This document shows positions 36,996 through 50,199 of a stretch of DNA of 64,000 nt, one piece after another (position 1 is the stretch's first letter; the number at the start of each line of letters is the position of its first letter). The stretch spans positions 666,669 to 730,668 of the forward strand of contig NMRA01000192.1 in NCBI GenBank assembly GCA_002633005.1. The letters run 5' to 3'. The DNA is from Phoronis australis. Taxonomy: Eukaryota > Animalia > Phoronida. Made by a program: the position numbers and the translations under genes. The notes beneath the pieces were generated by a model that was given only the letters and a program-made list of their open reading frames with translations, made no database searches and was not told the origin of the DNA.

Positions 36996-37809
36996 TTAGT
37001 TTCCCTTAGATTTGTTCGCGAAGTATTTTATCGGATAATGCCTGCGTTAAAAATTGGGATTTTTATATTAAACTGTTTACACTTTATGAACTCGCTATAT
37101 TTTTTTTCAAATAAATAAAGGTCAGCCTTGTTATTGAAGCGAGATATTTTGTTGCCATAGAAATAAACTACAGTAAGAACTTAATAACTCTAATTTATTT
37201 TTATAATCTTTTTCGTTCACCGCAGCCCTACGTACCTCTGCTCTGCTTCACTGGTCACTCTAAATTTTACTTCTTAGGGACGCTCTTTTCTTTTGATCTT
37301 ATCACCACTTAGCCGTAGGTGACTTCTAAACCGACTGCGTGAGTGGCGACTTTACGAGGCTATTTGTGATATTTTGGCGCCGCTCATAACGTTTATGTAT
37401 TTCCTGAATAGGGTAAAAGCTGGTGAAAAAATGTTTGTTTTCGTTGTCACGTGGTTAGTTTTGTATGCTTTTGACACACCTTCCGCCTTCGCATTAGATT
37501 GAGCCAGGGATTGGTGCTTGATTTCAGAACGACTCGCAAACCGTTGCTTGTGTGAACATTCACGTGTATTCTGTCGCGAAAGCTCATTGGCGGCAGTACT
37601 CCTCGCAGCAACGGTGAATAGACTTCGTTGATTGCAAGCAGACGTGCATGCAATCAATTGGTGTTGATCGAAAAACATTGTTTGACAGGTTACTACGTTG
37701 TCTAACACAGCTCACCTACAGTAAACTGTCTTTGTTCACTTGATTACATGTACGGTCATAGCCTACGGCTGGTGCATCTTGTCGAGTCAAATGTTGTCAT
37801 TTGTCTACT

Positions 37810-38525
37810 CTATTGTTTCAATATAATTATTTTTTATGTAGTTCATTATTTGTAGGTGAATTTTAGAAAAAATGGTAATACCGTTACGTACTAAAGTAAA
37901 TTAATGCTCATAGTAATGGTTGTTATCTTCAAGATTTTATGGTGGTCTTAGCATGTGCCTGGAAAGACACTGCTTTTTGTCATGTATTTGTGCTATTTAA
38001 ACGATACATTAATAAAGTTTCTTTACCTTTATGTTATTTTTAAATTCTTGTCATTGAGATTCCTTTAAAAGCAGTCTACTCATAGCATCGTTTATGACCC
38101 AGTTATAGTGAGTACATTTAGCAGTTACCATGACACGTCGTCAAAATAATTGCCAATAAATCTTAAATAAATGTCACGTGTTATATGTCTAATTGATTGT
38201 TTCATTAAGATTATTTAATGTAGTTTATTATTCGTAGGTTTTTAGTTTGAAATGTACATGTACATAATATAGCTCGTATAAATGTACTTTACCACCGAAC
38301 TTTACTAATTCGTATGTCTTAATCAAGAAAATTAAGTATTTTTAAAACAAGGAAGCCTGCCGCCACATTCTACGACACCTTTCATATTCTTGTCATGGGC
38401 ACTCCTTTAAAACCATTCAACTCATGGCTCTGTTTACCCAGTTATAGTGAAAACATCTAGCAGTTGCTATGACACGTCGTCAAAATAACTGTCAATTATA
38501 AATCTTGAGGAAATGTCCCGTGATT
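37810..38525 (+). repeat. old tandem duplication (~350-bp period)
   Basis: 38042-38180 matches 38384-38522 (acccagttatagtga...atgacacgtcgtcaaaataa). Confidence 0.7.
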
Positions 38526-40151
38526 GTTAACCGTTAACCGTTTATACGTTTCGGTGTGTTATTTCACACCGCATTCGTAGCACTAATAATAGCAAAGGCT
38601 CGCTTTCTAGCTGGAAGTATGAAAAAACCGTTATTATGAACAAACAACAGGTCATTGTCAGGATCCTTGAAGAACGCTGTTTTCATCGTTGCAAACCAAT
38701 ATGCCAACAGTAAGGACAAATTTGCGCGCTTCTTGTAGGCTTTCATGTAATTCAATTTTCATTGCACTAGTCGTGTAAGGCGCTTCTGAGCGTGCTTAGG
38801 CACACGTTCACCACGCCTCTTAAGTGCTGGTGTTTCTTGTATTGATACATTCAAATCAAAGTTCATTTTATTGGACGTACAGAGCGAGGCTACCCGTACA
38901 CAGTTCAAATCTATACAGACCTTACTCTCGAACACAATTCCGCTTCTCACCATCACTGTCACCCGTCAGGTGTTTAGTGCCCTCTAATTTTAAACGAGGC
39001 GTCATTTTTTCTGTCGCAGCACTGAGCAATGAATATGTTTCTTAAATCTGGGCAACGTAACAAGAAATGTGTTTCTATCTCAACATCTTCTGCATTACAA
39101 ATGTTACAAAATATCTCACTGCCTTTTTCAAATGATATTTAATGAGTTGAACATCGGTTGTGTGAAGTATCTGCTGATTTTTTCAGCAAGATCATACAAA
39201 TGATTTTCACTGGGCAACTTAGACAAAATTCTCAGTAAAATACACCATGCTCTTATTTGTATATTCAACCACATACAACCAGCCGTAGCTGTTCACTAAC
39301 ATCTCTCAGCCTTTGTTTGAATTCATAGAAAAATAATGTTTACCACCAACTCCCTAATTCACCTTTGCATGTCTGAAGTCAGTTCCATACAATTTATTCA
39401 CACGTCGGTCAACCAGTGAGTTTATTTGACGGTGCAGCTGCCAAGGAAAATGTTAAAAATTGGCTACTTTGGAACACAATATCTCAGTAATAGCTGATCG
39501 AATTCGTGTTAAAATTTCACATACAATTACTATGCTTTGCGCACGATTCTACAAGCCGGTGTAATGAATTGTTTTCAAAACGTTCCATTTTTGAATGAAG
39601 GGTTATAAAAATAGGATTTCTGTGATTTTCTGAAAAAATTACATGGAATGGTCACTTACAGAACTGCAACGGCGTTTTGAGATTTCATTTTGAACATTCA
39701 TATCAAACAAAATTTGGAAACAATATTGTTACCGTTGTTTCCCTATGAATGTCAAATTATTTCTAAAAGGCATGACCACGTGACATATTAAAGGGAAATT
39801 TCAATGTAAAGTTGAAAACCAAGTTCTACAACTTTTATATTTTCTAAATTAAAATCTATAGTTTTGCAGATATTTGGCTGTGTACACAGATTTGTCGATA
39901 CCATCCTACATATTTTATGACGGTAGAGATATAGTAAACGCCCAGGGCTTCGTGCTCTTTTTCAGACGTGGAAGGTACTAACAGGTGGCATGTGTTTTTT
40001 GTTGTTAGTATCCGCTGGGATTCCTTGTTCATTTCAATTCATCTTCGTATTTGCTCTTCTTAGGTATTTTACATTCATAATACCTAGTGTTATATCTATA
40101 GCCAACGTGTATCGCTGATGAAAAGCGCACCGCTGAGAACGTTATGTTTTA

Positions 40152-40450
40152 TTAATACAACTATATTGTCTACATCAATACTTCCATTTTAATACACCTA
40201 TATTGTCTAGATCAATACTTCCATTTTGATACACCTATATTGTCTAGATGAATACTTCCATTTTAATACACCTATATTGTCTAGATCAATACTTCCATTT
40301 TAATACACCTATATTGTCTAGATCAATACTTCCATTTTAATACTCCTATATTGTCTAGATCAATACTTCCATATTAATACACCTATATTGTCTAGATCAA
40401 TACTTCCATTTTGATACACCTATATTGTCTAGATCAATACTTCCATTTTG
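40152..40450. repeat. minisatellite, ~8 x 37-bp units
   Basis: ttaatacacctatattgtctagatcaatacttccatt repeated with few substitutions and no spacers. Confidence 0.95.
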
Positions 40451-40774
40451 ATATTTCAATGGCTAACACCACATACGTGTTATTGTGCATTTTTATCAAT
40501 ATTTGTATTGTTTAACGACAAAACTGCGTTTCTGCTGGTCCTATTTGGCACAGAAAACGTCGGCACTTTTTTCCTATCAATAATAAATATTAACAAAAAA
40601 ACACATTGCCATTGTCGTGACTAACTTGAGTGTCAGTTCCACTTTCGTTTTCATTTCCAGTAGCATGAACTGAAGGTCAATGTACTTGTCTGACTCTTGA
40701 CTAAAAACTCAGAAGATGGATATTACAAATTCACACTTTATTCTACCATTTATAGTTGAAGACATACATGTGAT

Positions 40775-40933
40775 CAGAGGCAGATCCAGCATTTTGGGTT
40801 AGGAGGGGGCAGGGAAGATTATTAGCCAGGATTTTGCCCGTCAGATATTCGCACCCTCGAACTGCCAAATGGAATCTAAGAGAATTTTTAGGGGGCATGG
40901 CCCCCTTGGCACCCTCCCCAAAATCCGCCATTG
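40775..40933. mobile_element. GC-rich MITE family A, copy 2 (inverted)
   Basis: Reverse complement of 3824-3978 (shared ttcgcaccctcgaactgccaaatg core). Confidence 0.7.
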
Positions 40934-43255
40934 ATGAAACCATGCTGGAATCGATGTAAGAACAAAAATGAATTGGATTTTTGTCTTGGTACTTCTTAGT
41001 TATATTCACAAGGGAATATAGAATCTTATCGACAAGTTTTTGCGTTTAGCAAATATCTAGAAAACTATATATTTCAACTCAGAAAGTATACATTTTTTGA
41101 AAGTAGAAAACCTCGAGTTGAAGCGTTATCAGCAAATACTTAGCACTGTAAAAGGGTGGATTGTTTGAGGTACGCAAGCAATATGAGACTAAGCAACAAA
41201 TTGTGAAACCAGCGAAATCAGGAAAACACAAGTTTACTGACAAATCCCATTGTCAATGACACTGATTTGTACATGAAACAAATGTGACAGAATACCACCG
41301 AGAGTTTCACTGACCACTTCCCGCTCGTGAAAATACTAAGTCGATTGTGAACATGTTAATAATACATTTAATTTCATTTTGAAATGTTTTTGAAAATTCA
41401 TCAATAATTGTGTTACCTGAACAAGGACTTGTCATGCTGAAAATTGCAAGGCATGACGATGTGAGACTAAAGATGCTTTCACTAATGACGAACGCTTTAC
41501 GGTAAATCAGGCTTCAAGTTAGTCACCCCTTATCTGCCGGCGTTGGCTGGGTATACATATATTGGACGCCCTTGCATATTTGTGAATATACAACGCACGC
41601 TGAACGAATTCATACTAAATTCTGATGTATTGTGCCAAGCGTTCGTAGGCATAAGGTGATGCCTCCTAAATACGCTCGGCATGTGCTACTGATGGCGCGG
41701 ATATTTCCAGTAAGAAAAATCGTGTTGCAAACTACATACGCAAAGGATATGCTTTATTCGTTTTTTATTCACTAGACGTGGGGTATATATAATAAAAATT
41801 TGAATATCTGAGCGTACGACTGCGTATGATTATTTATAAAATTGTATGAGAATGTGGTGTACGGAGAAGTTTAACAGGGCTCTAATGTAATGATATTTGG
41901 TACCGCAGAAGTACTGGCGAGAAAAATATACCACAAAATACGGGGGAAACGATTTCGTGCTGTGCCTCTTAGTTGTAGCTTCAATTCCTAAACTTCAATT
42001 TCGGAACAGCAGATACTAAACCCGCATGGCTTATTCCCCCTGTGCTCCTAAACTAGATGTACATTAGCCCCAAAAAGACCCGATACTTCAGGTGGACGAA
42101 ATAACGAACGCTATGATACGCCACTGATAATAAACAAATTCATTGTTGCCCGACAACAAAACTACATGACATTTGAAACGTTTGAAAACATTTCACGCTT
42201 TTCTTGTAAAAGTAATGGAAACCGTCGCTTCTTTGAAACACGTTAATTTGGTTAAACAGCATGAACAATAGTCACAGATCGAAAAAGAGAATCAAAACAA
42301 ATTCTTGTTTTCGTACAACGCCTCGTCTACAGGATTTTGAAATTGGTTCAAGACTTCTAGAAAACAATATTAGTAAACGAATTATGATAGCCGTGTTTTC
42401 ATTCCACTAACTGTTGGAAAAACAATCGTTCAATGCGGTAAGGTAATTTCCGTTATGAGGTCACGTTGACCAAGTTATCGCTGTTCATTCATGCCACCGG
42501 ACGTCAGATGTCGGTATTTGCAATGTGTCTAATAAAACGGCTGAAACTAGACTCACTTGTCATAATGATATTGCATCACTGCAGGCAGCTACATGCCAAA
42601 AAATGAAGATACATAGGGAAAGGAACTATCAGACCAATCCATCGGCCATATCAAGGCATTTGGACCTCGGGAGAGCATTGTTGCCCTCGGCCATTTGCTT
42701 GAAACTGAACACTTTTTAAAAAGAAATTAATGACGATAACAACAATTCATCAAATCGGAAGTGTGACGTATTAAGTAAATTCGCCGGGTAGAGCCAACTC
42801 TTGTTAAGCCCGTATGTCAGACGATGCCGGTTTTCAGAGGTCTGATGTCAATTTTTCTTTTGTTGATCGTCAGGCTCGGTCTTCTGTCCGATGTCACAAC
42901 GCTAACTCAATAGCGGAGTTGCAACCGAATCGATTTAACGATTGCGCATGTCCGGAAATTAGGGTGCGCAAAGGCTACTGGGATTGTTGATGGTAAACGG
43001 GATGACCGACTGGTTTGCACAACATGTAATTTGTGTGCATTAAACTACGCTGCTGTATGTAATTCTGCCGCTATTCGCCCTAATTAGCGCCCATGGCTCA
43101 ACAAGTGCCCCAACGCGTTTTCAGACTTTGCTAAAGTAAGCGCCCAGCCCATGAACTACATGCGAAAAATGCCCTTACCTACAGTTCTAACGTCTCCAAT
43201 TTATCAATTGAAAGATCCGACAGCCTGAATTTGTAACGGACCACGAGCCTCACCG

Positions 43256-43459
43256 TTATGTCCGTATACACTTCAAACTTACGCCGCGATTCAAAAAGAA
43301 CGCAGAAGTTTTGCTGCTCTTGCGAGGGATGTGCCCCACTACGCGGGTCTGGACTTTGAAAACAGACACAGCGTACTTGTCAAAGAGCGGGATTGCATTG
43401 TTTCTTTCCAGTACAGATCTTCTCCGGCCTCAAACTTCTTTGTGCATGTGAAAACCGTG
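43256..43459 (-). pseudogene. HIRAN-like domain pseudogene
   Basis: HGFHMHKEV*...FDKYAVSVFKVQTRVVGHIPRKSSKTSAFFLNRGVSLKC resembles GxHxYKxxW...DxxAVxV...VGHxPR of HIRAN domains. Confidence 0.65.
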
Positions 43460-44523
43460 AATCGAAGACTAATAAAAAAAACTCGACCAGTGTTAGCACG
43501 CGACCAAGAAGCGCGCGCTGCATAATGTACCGACTGTCATCGAAGATTAATCGGGTAACATAGCATCGGCAAATAAATATTGGCACTAATTTCCGAAAGT
43601 TTCCAATACCGTAAAAAGCTTCTGCATTATTTTTAAGAGAAATTATTTAACTAATCATAATTGGTGTTTTTAAGGTCAAAATGACCCACTTCGCACCCTT
43701 ACACCCCAAATCTTCCGGGAAATAGCTGTTACACTACGGTCACGCATCCACTCACCCGGCGACTCAATGAGTGACATGTCGGTCTTACCGAAAAAATTCT
43801 CGAACGTTTTTAGCAGATGAGGCCAGCAAGTGCTAAGCCGTAAATATTAAAACACGCTCTGCTTGACTGCTTGACTTATTTTTTTTTTGGATACAATGCA
43901 CACCTAGATCATTACATTACTCTGGCAAATGAACTCTGACAAGCACACGCACGCTTACTCTCACACACACGCATACAAACTTCAAAACAAACGTCACGTG
44001 ACAACAACATGTGTTCCCACAGAGATTTTTCTCGGGTTGCGTGCTACAATCTAGCGTAGATTTGGACTTAATCTGCAGTTAATCCAGACTTCACAAGAAC
44101 TTAAAAATCTTAGAGACGCTATTTGGAAAACTTGAGGAGGATTTCAGGTAATTTGTTGAGTCAAAGCTGTATTCTTATTTAAGAATTCAAGCCCTATCGA
44201 CGATTGCGAGACCAGCAGCTACGCATTTGTCGGCAAGATTTCGCCCTGGAACTTCAACAAAATTTTATGAAAAATGATCGTAATTTAACAACGAATTTTG
44301 ATAGCAATGTACCACAATTTTGTAGAAAGTAAATAATAATAATCTGCACGCTTTATCTTAGCGCGTAATGCATATAGTGTGCATACGTTAAGTGAGTCGA
44401 CCCAGAACAGGTGATTGTGCAGAGGCATTATCCTCAAAATTGCTCATGTTGGCTTGGTTCTGGTCAAGCGAAAACAAGTTTTTTTTTTACTACCAACCGC
44501 CGTGGAGTATTTGTTACTGTTTC

Positions 44524-44770
44524 TTTGAAGGGAGATATTGTTGGGCAGTTTCTAAGATACGTTTTCTTGCCGCCCTCAAAATGAGCGCTGCACACTTTAT
44601 GCTACGAAGTCGGAAAGAATTCACGAAGTCGGCCTTTGCTACCAGCTCTACCGATGTCTCTGACCCATGTTTAACGCAGTTCTTGATCCTTGGGAAACAG
44701 GTAGTAACTAAATTTTTTATTTCGCTAACTGGTATTATAGCATGCCAGGCACACAACACGTATAACCTCC
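44524..44770 (-). pseudogene. THAP zinc-finger domain pseudogene
   Basis: GGYTCCVPG-(+1)-CYNTS*RNKKFSYYLFPKDQELR*TWVRDIGRAG...FPTS*HKVCSAHFEGGKKTYLRNCPTI; C2CH ligands plus conserved P, W, F; one frameshift and three stops. Confidence 0.85.
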
Positions 44771-46439
44771 CTGTGGCCGGTTCGCCCCCACGCTTGCCGA
44801 CGTACTTGTTTACCAGCTTAACCACAATGCAACATTCTGACCCATTTCCAATATGGCGGCGTTGCAACTCCGCTATTATATAGCACGTTGAATCAATTCA
44901 TGAATGTCAACGCAAATCGACTCAAAACTGTTTTAACAGTTATTAATGTTAAAACAAGTAAAAACCCATCGCAGCGTTTTGGCCTATTTTGCTTGTATTT
45001 CCTCCGCAAAAGAAAGGTTCTACACTAACTTTTCACGAGGAAATTTTCAGAAGCCACGTTAAAAAAAATCCGTTTCTGTTCCAGACAGTATTTTATTGCC
45101 AGAGAGACATCCCTAATGTGATGTCTTCACGACAATAACATACTGTTCTTAGAATTACCAGTTTCTGTTCTTGACATTTCAATTTATTTCGTACAATATT
45201 ATTTCATTGCCGGAAAGACATCACTAATGCGATAATTGCACTCTACAGCACAATTGGAGCTTAGATCAACTTTCGTGGTATTAAGGGCGGACGGCGACAT
45301 CGGTTTTCCCAGTTGATGTAGAGAATTATTGTCCAACTAGAAGATACCACTGAACGGCCCTAAACGCCTATGTCAATCGAAACTGAGTTCCGTAGAGGCA
45401 GGAATCTCGCAAACAAAGCTCATATCACGTACTTTGCTTGTGTTGCATGGCGCTATCTCGCGCAGTCTTGCCTGATCTTGTGTTTTCGCGAGATACTCGC
45501 GTCTACAGAACACACGCCGGTCCTAGTAACCATATCCGTGTCCATTGGTGTCTCAGGCTGGCCGATATTCAGTCCCAAGTCCGGTACTTTACGATGTGAC
45601 GTCACTTGAATTGAGCAGTGAAACCGAGAGTAAGTAATAAAACTTATATGACATCGACTTGCCGGTCAGACACACAGTGTTTGCATTGTGTCACATGCTC
45701 ACGTATCAAACTTCCGGTTTAAAGAATTGATATTTGCATTAATTTTGATTTTACAAAAAGGCTCAAAATATCGTTAAGAGCTAGTGAAATATGACAATTG
45801 GCCAAAGCCAACTCTTAAAAGGGTACTTATTTAAAATGGCATTCCTTGACGTGTAGATAGGAGAAAAGTGACTCAGTTGGATTAGAAATAAATACAATGC
45901 AGGTGTGCGTACGCAAAATTGGTTGAAATGATATTTGACACACCCCACTAAGACTTTACTTATTTTGTGTAAAGTGATTACCGGAGACTTCTGAAAGCCT
46001 CCATGGGGGCTCTTTCGGAAAAAGGGAACAAAGAAGCGCCCATGGTGGGATCGTTTTGCGTGCCTGGCACGGGTCAAATATATATTGCAAATTGGCCAAT
46101 ATGACATTATTTTCTCGACCTGGGTCGCAGGATCGCTAAGAGTTTTATCGGAGGGGTCGCCGCCGGCTGCTGTTATCGAAGCCAAACTGCCGACTGAGTG
46201 AAATTTGGCTGGTATTTCAAGTCCATGATCGGTGTTTCTTCAACTCCCCGTGACAGTACAGGTAGCCCTCCTCCACCTTTAAACCAAAAAGTCCGAAAAC
46301 AAGCGACTATAGTCTGCTGGTACATGACCAACTACTGATTGATTCATGAACAAAGTACATGTACATGTAACGTGATCTTTAACAGTATTCGGCCAAGACC
46401 TAAGTGCATTTTACAATAGGTGTTTGAATTCAAAACGGG

Positions 46440-46960
46440 AGTTGTTTTTATTGTTACATATTTCATAAGGTGATGTAGGCCTCCGGTCCATATCACACGT
46501 ACAATACAGTGAACAGCAAGGTCACAAGTCACACAAAGAATATAGGCTATCAACAATAAAATTATCATATAACTTTGATCCTCATGCGAAACGCCTGCAA
46601 TATGACTAAGCTAATATTTTGAATGACAGATTCATTTTGTGAAATCATAACATTAACGACGTTTCGTTCACACGGATTAGAGCAAAAATGTTCTGGTAAC
46701 AACATTTTTGCACTGTCACTGCATAATGAACAAATAAATAACATGTGAAACTTGTTTTCAATTTTACGTTCACCTAAGTTACATGTATAACAGAAAATAT
46801 ACAAAAGCTCCTCTCTGGAAATATTACATGTATTGTTTGTTCTATTTGGAGACAGTGACACGAACAACGAAAGCGGGCAAGGATTGTCGTAAGATGTTTG
46901 TCCTTGATGCAGAAAAAATATTTATCTGGATCCTATGAGGTCTTAAATTCCATTTAGCTT
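46440..46960 (-). mobile_element. LINE 3' end (C-terminal Cys/His motif plus 3' UTR)
   Basis: ISREE...CYTCNLGERKIENKFHMLFICSLC...LLP...ILQAFRMR matches the CxxC...ExxxH...C terminus of LINE ORF2; AATAAA near 46447. Confidence 0.7.
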
Positions 46961-46966
46961 CGTATT

Positions 46967-47222
46967 CATGCGGGGGGCTCGGGGGACTCGAACGAGCCCC
47001 TCCCCCCCATTTGGCGATGTGTGCAAAAAGGTCCGCCTCGGAGAAACAAACAAGTCCGAGAAAACGAGACAAAAGTCCACTAAAAAAGACGCAGACACAC
47101 AGTTCACAGTTATGAAGGGTGGTAACCGTTTTTTTTTTTTTAGTCCTCCGACTTTTTGTCAGGAAAAGATCCACAACGACAGAAATTCTAGCCCCCCATT
47201 TTCAAGGCTGGGTGCGTGCATG
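46967..47222 (+). mobile_element. MITE family B, copy 2
   Basis: Same core as the 36762 copy; right terminus ctgggtgcgtgcatg complements the left terminus of copy 1. Confidence 0.65.
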
Positions 47223-48536
47223 GTACTACAGTATGTTTTCACGCCCGGTCTGCATAGCACAATCACTTACTCTCTATATGAGCTGAAAAGTCCAACATTT
47301 TGACAAATCCAATCTAAACCAAATCGTGAATAGAACATTTTTAACCCTCGCACACCACGTTTTGTGACCAGTTTCGTCAAGCTAACGCATAACATTATAC
47401 ACTGACTTTGAAAGTCTGTCATCACTCATTTCCAGTAGCTTCATCCAAAATTTGATCATTTTTTTCACGCACTGTCCAAAGACAGGAACTTTCCCAAACT
47501 CACCGAGAACTGCAGCGTTGCTCGCGGAAGACGGGACGCTAAGAAAATACTTGAAATATTTTATCTGGACAGATTCTATATAGTTTTGGTATCAAAAACC
47601 CTAAATCTATGAATCATATGTTATGATAGGCAAAATCATTTCATAATTATCAAATAGTTTCTGAAGCTGCTTTTAAAAAGGCCACTGTCTTCAGTGATAA
47701 GCCAGAGTCCAAACTAACCCTGGTGTAAACGTAAGTCCCAAATATTTAAAACAACGACTTCGAGCTTCGAAGCACCAAAATATCATTTTTTGTAGCTTCT
47801 CAGTTTGCCTTCATTGCGGAAAACCATTACCGGTGTTTTCTTTTTTTGACATTTGCTTTTAACCTCCACTTCTTACACTAATCTAACAATAGAGTAGCTG
47901 TTGTAGTCTATGCGCTGTGCTTGCACAGTTTGCCAAATCGCCAGCGTACAATAAAAGTATTACATTGGAAACTCTTTTGGAAAAGTATACACTCATTTAA
48001 ATACATTTTAAATAACAATAGGCCAAGCTTTCAACCTGTCTGGTAGCGATTGAACATTAGAATAGATCAGTCAAACCACCCGGAGTTTGAACGCAAGCTC
48101 TTAATTTTGCATACATAGCAAATAACACCTTCATAATTTTTCCGTGTTTTCCTTCCCTTAAAGTCCTATTAGCACACGTTTTTAACCCTCACTAAGTGGT
48201 TAGAAGAAATTATAAGGAACCACACAGTACCTATCCTATAACCAGTACACAATCCGTAGTCGAAGAAAGTTTAAGTAAACGCGCCACTCACGATTCCGAC
48301 CCGAAGAACACACTACCATTTTGAACTAACCGCGAATCCGGAAGTACAATTCATTCGGGAACCCAGGCTTAAGAACGTCGACTGTGCGACTGGGGCAATG
48401 TCTTTTACCAGTCTGCAAACGGGGATAAGATAATCGACAGCGGACCTTAATTTAATAAAACCAAAATAGGGACAATTTGTAAAGAAACTGATGACAAAAT
48501 GTGGAAAAATAACTTTTGACAGAAATTATTTTGCTG

Positions 48537-48687
48537 GGCCCAGTTGCATGAAAGCTATATCGGTACGCCGTATAGCAATAATGACGTCGCATCATCACGC
48601 GTCACGTTTGTTGAACAATGCACCTGACGTCATGCAACAATCAAACTTATCCAACGGATAACTTTTGAAGCTTTATGCAACTCAGCC
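48537..48687. mobile_element. PIF/Harbinger-like MITE with 3-bp CTG TSD
   Basis: ggcccagttgcatgaaagct ... agctttatgcaactcagcc inverted termini flanked by ctg on both sides. Confidence 0.6.
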
Positions 48688-50199
48688 CTGGACTCGGACC
48701 TGCAGACGATGACCCGGTGCGGACCGATCGACCAATAAATGCACTGGCGAAAGACGAAGGCATGCCGTCCCCGACTGTTCTATTGTAATAAATGGTTCAA
48801 ATTATAAATGCCGTTTACCTACAAAGATAGTTTCATATACTTGCATAAAATTACGGACTAGTCACATTCCTGTGCCAACGATTGAAAAACAAGGCAGACT
48901 ATGGCGGGCAACTAAGGCTAAGCACGTTTTACTTGGTGTCTTTAGCTCTGGTGAACAAACACTGTAAACAGAACTACGAACATGCAACTTCAAAATAATA
49001 ATAAATGAATAAAATTGTTATACAGTTAGAATATTCTGACCATTAAACTAGCTAAATTATCGAAAATAAATTTAGACGAAAATTAAGATACCCGCGGTGA
49101 TCTCCCGCGACTTCCGTTACGACCGGGCGGCTGACTGCCAGCATGTAAAAGTGAATGACAGAATACCATTTGGTGGCGAAATAACTTCAGGAAGAAAACT
49201 TGTTATGGAGCCAAATAATATAATGTAAGTATTAATGAGTTTAAAGTAAAAAGAATAATTCCCACTTAGCCAGAAACATTCGTATGATCTGCTACCCGAC
49301 GGAGACGGACTGCTTGGCCTACCGTGCGCGGACATCAGTGCTGCGCGGCGCAAAATGAACACATTAATTATCTACCCGGGCCTTGAATGAGCGAAATTCC
49401 TATGACAGAGATAAAAAATACTGCGCCATGCTCCTAACACTGCGATATTCTCCCATTCCCGACATTCAGCTCNTGTAAGTTTTTGTCAGGTTTGAAAATA
49501 TGTTTTCCCCAATAATTGAAAATCAAAGTCGATTTAGTAAGTGATCATTTTCCCGGCGAAGAGTTAAGGCAACTGCAGGGGAATTACTTCGCCGGTTACT
49601 GTGTCCGGGCAGCAAACTCAAGCACAGGTGGGCATTATTGCAATTGAGGTGTTGAGCTTACTGTTTTAAGATAAACTTGTGTCTGTTTGTTGAAACATCG
49701 CGGTGTTTGGATGTTTTTTTTTTACAGTTTACATTTTTAACGGCCAGTAAAGCCGGTGCCGATTTGCTGTCAAGTACGCACTGCGCTCACACGTCCGGGT
49801 AGTTACACGACTATTGCTCATTTCAGGCTGGTATTTTTCATCAGTTTCACGATATGACGATAAAGATAAGACATTTGCTGATCAAGACAGTTTTTTTCCT
49901 CTAACTTATTACCTAAACGGGTACTATTGTTGGAATTTGATGTACACTACACTCGCGATGAGTCGGGGCAGACCTCAGTAGCCGAGTCGGTTGGTTACGG
50001 GAAATGTGACGTACTTCACATAGTGCTCAAGAAGGCTTTTAGCTTGATAACAGAAAGGATGTGGACGTTATGCTATGTTACATATTACTTAATTTGGTGT
50101 ATATATTGTCCTTTGAGATAAGGACTTTTAAAAAAAGGCGATACCACACGAGATTGTGGGGGACAGTGTCAAACGTTGAATAAAAATCGACGAACGCGC

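Larger units (their letters stand above)
42909..44877 (-). mobile_element. non-autonomous TIR DNA transposon (ISL2EU/Harbinger-like) with decayed THAP and HIRAN coding remnants
   Basis: Perfect 17-bp inverted repeat aatagcggagttgcaac (42909-42925) / gttgcaactccgctatt (44861-44877); internal pseudo-ORFs listed separately. Confidence 0.7.

Noticed and set aside
40110-40145. Hammerhead ribozyme-like CTGATGA...GAGAAC (similar motifs near 14767, 60622, 62701)
   Set aside because: Catalytic core or stem II is non-canonical and stems I/III could not be formed by eye.
40152-40450. 37-bp and 30-bp (13242-13361) repeats as CRISPR arrays
   Set aside because: Head-to-tail units with no unique spacers, no cas genes, and a eukaryotic context.
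42525-42719. GIY-YIG-like SAISRHL in a short ORF
   Set aside because: GIY and YIG motifs are absent; similarity too weak.
49473-49473. Single N base
   Set aside because: Assembly ambiguity rather than biology; noted only as a caution for continuity.
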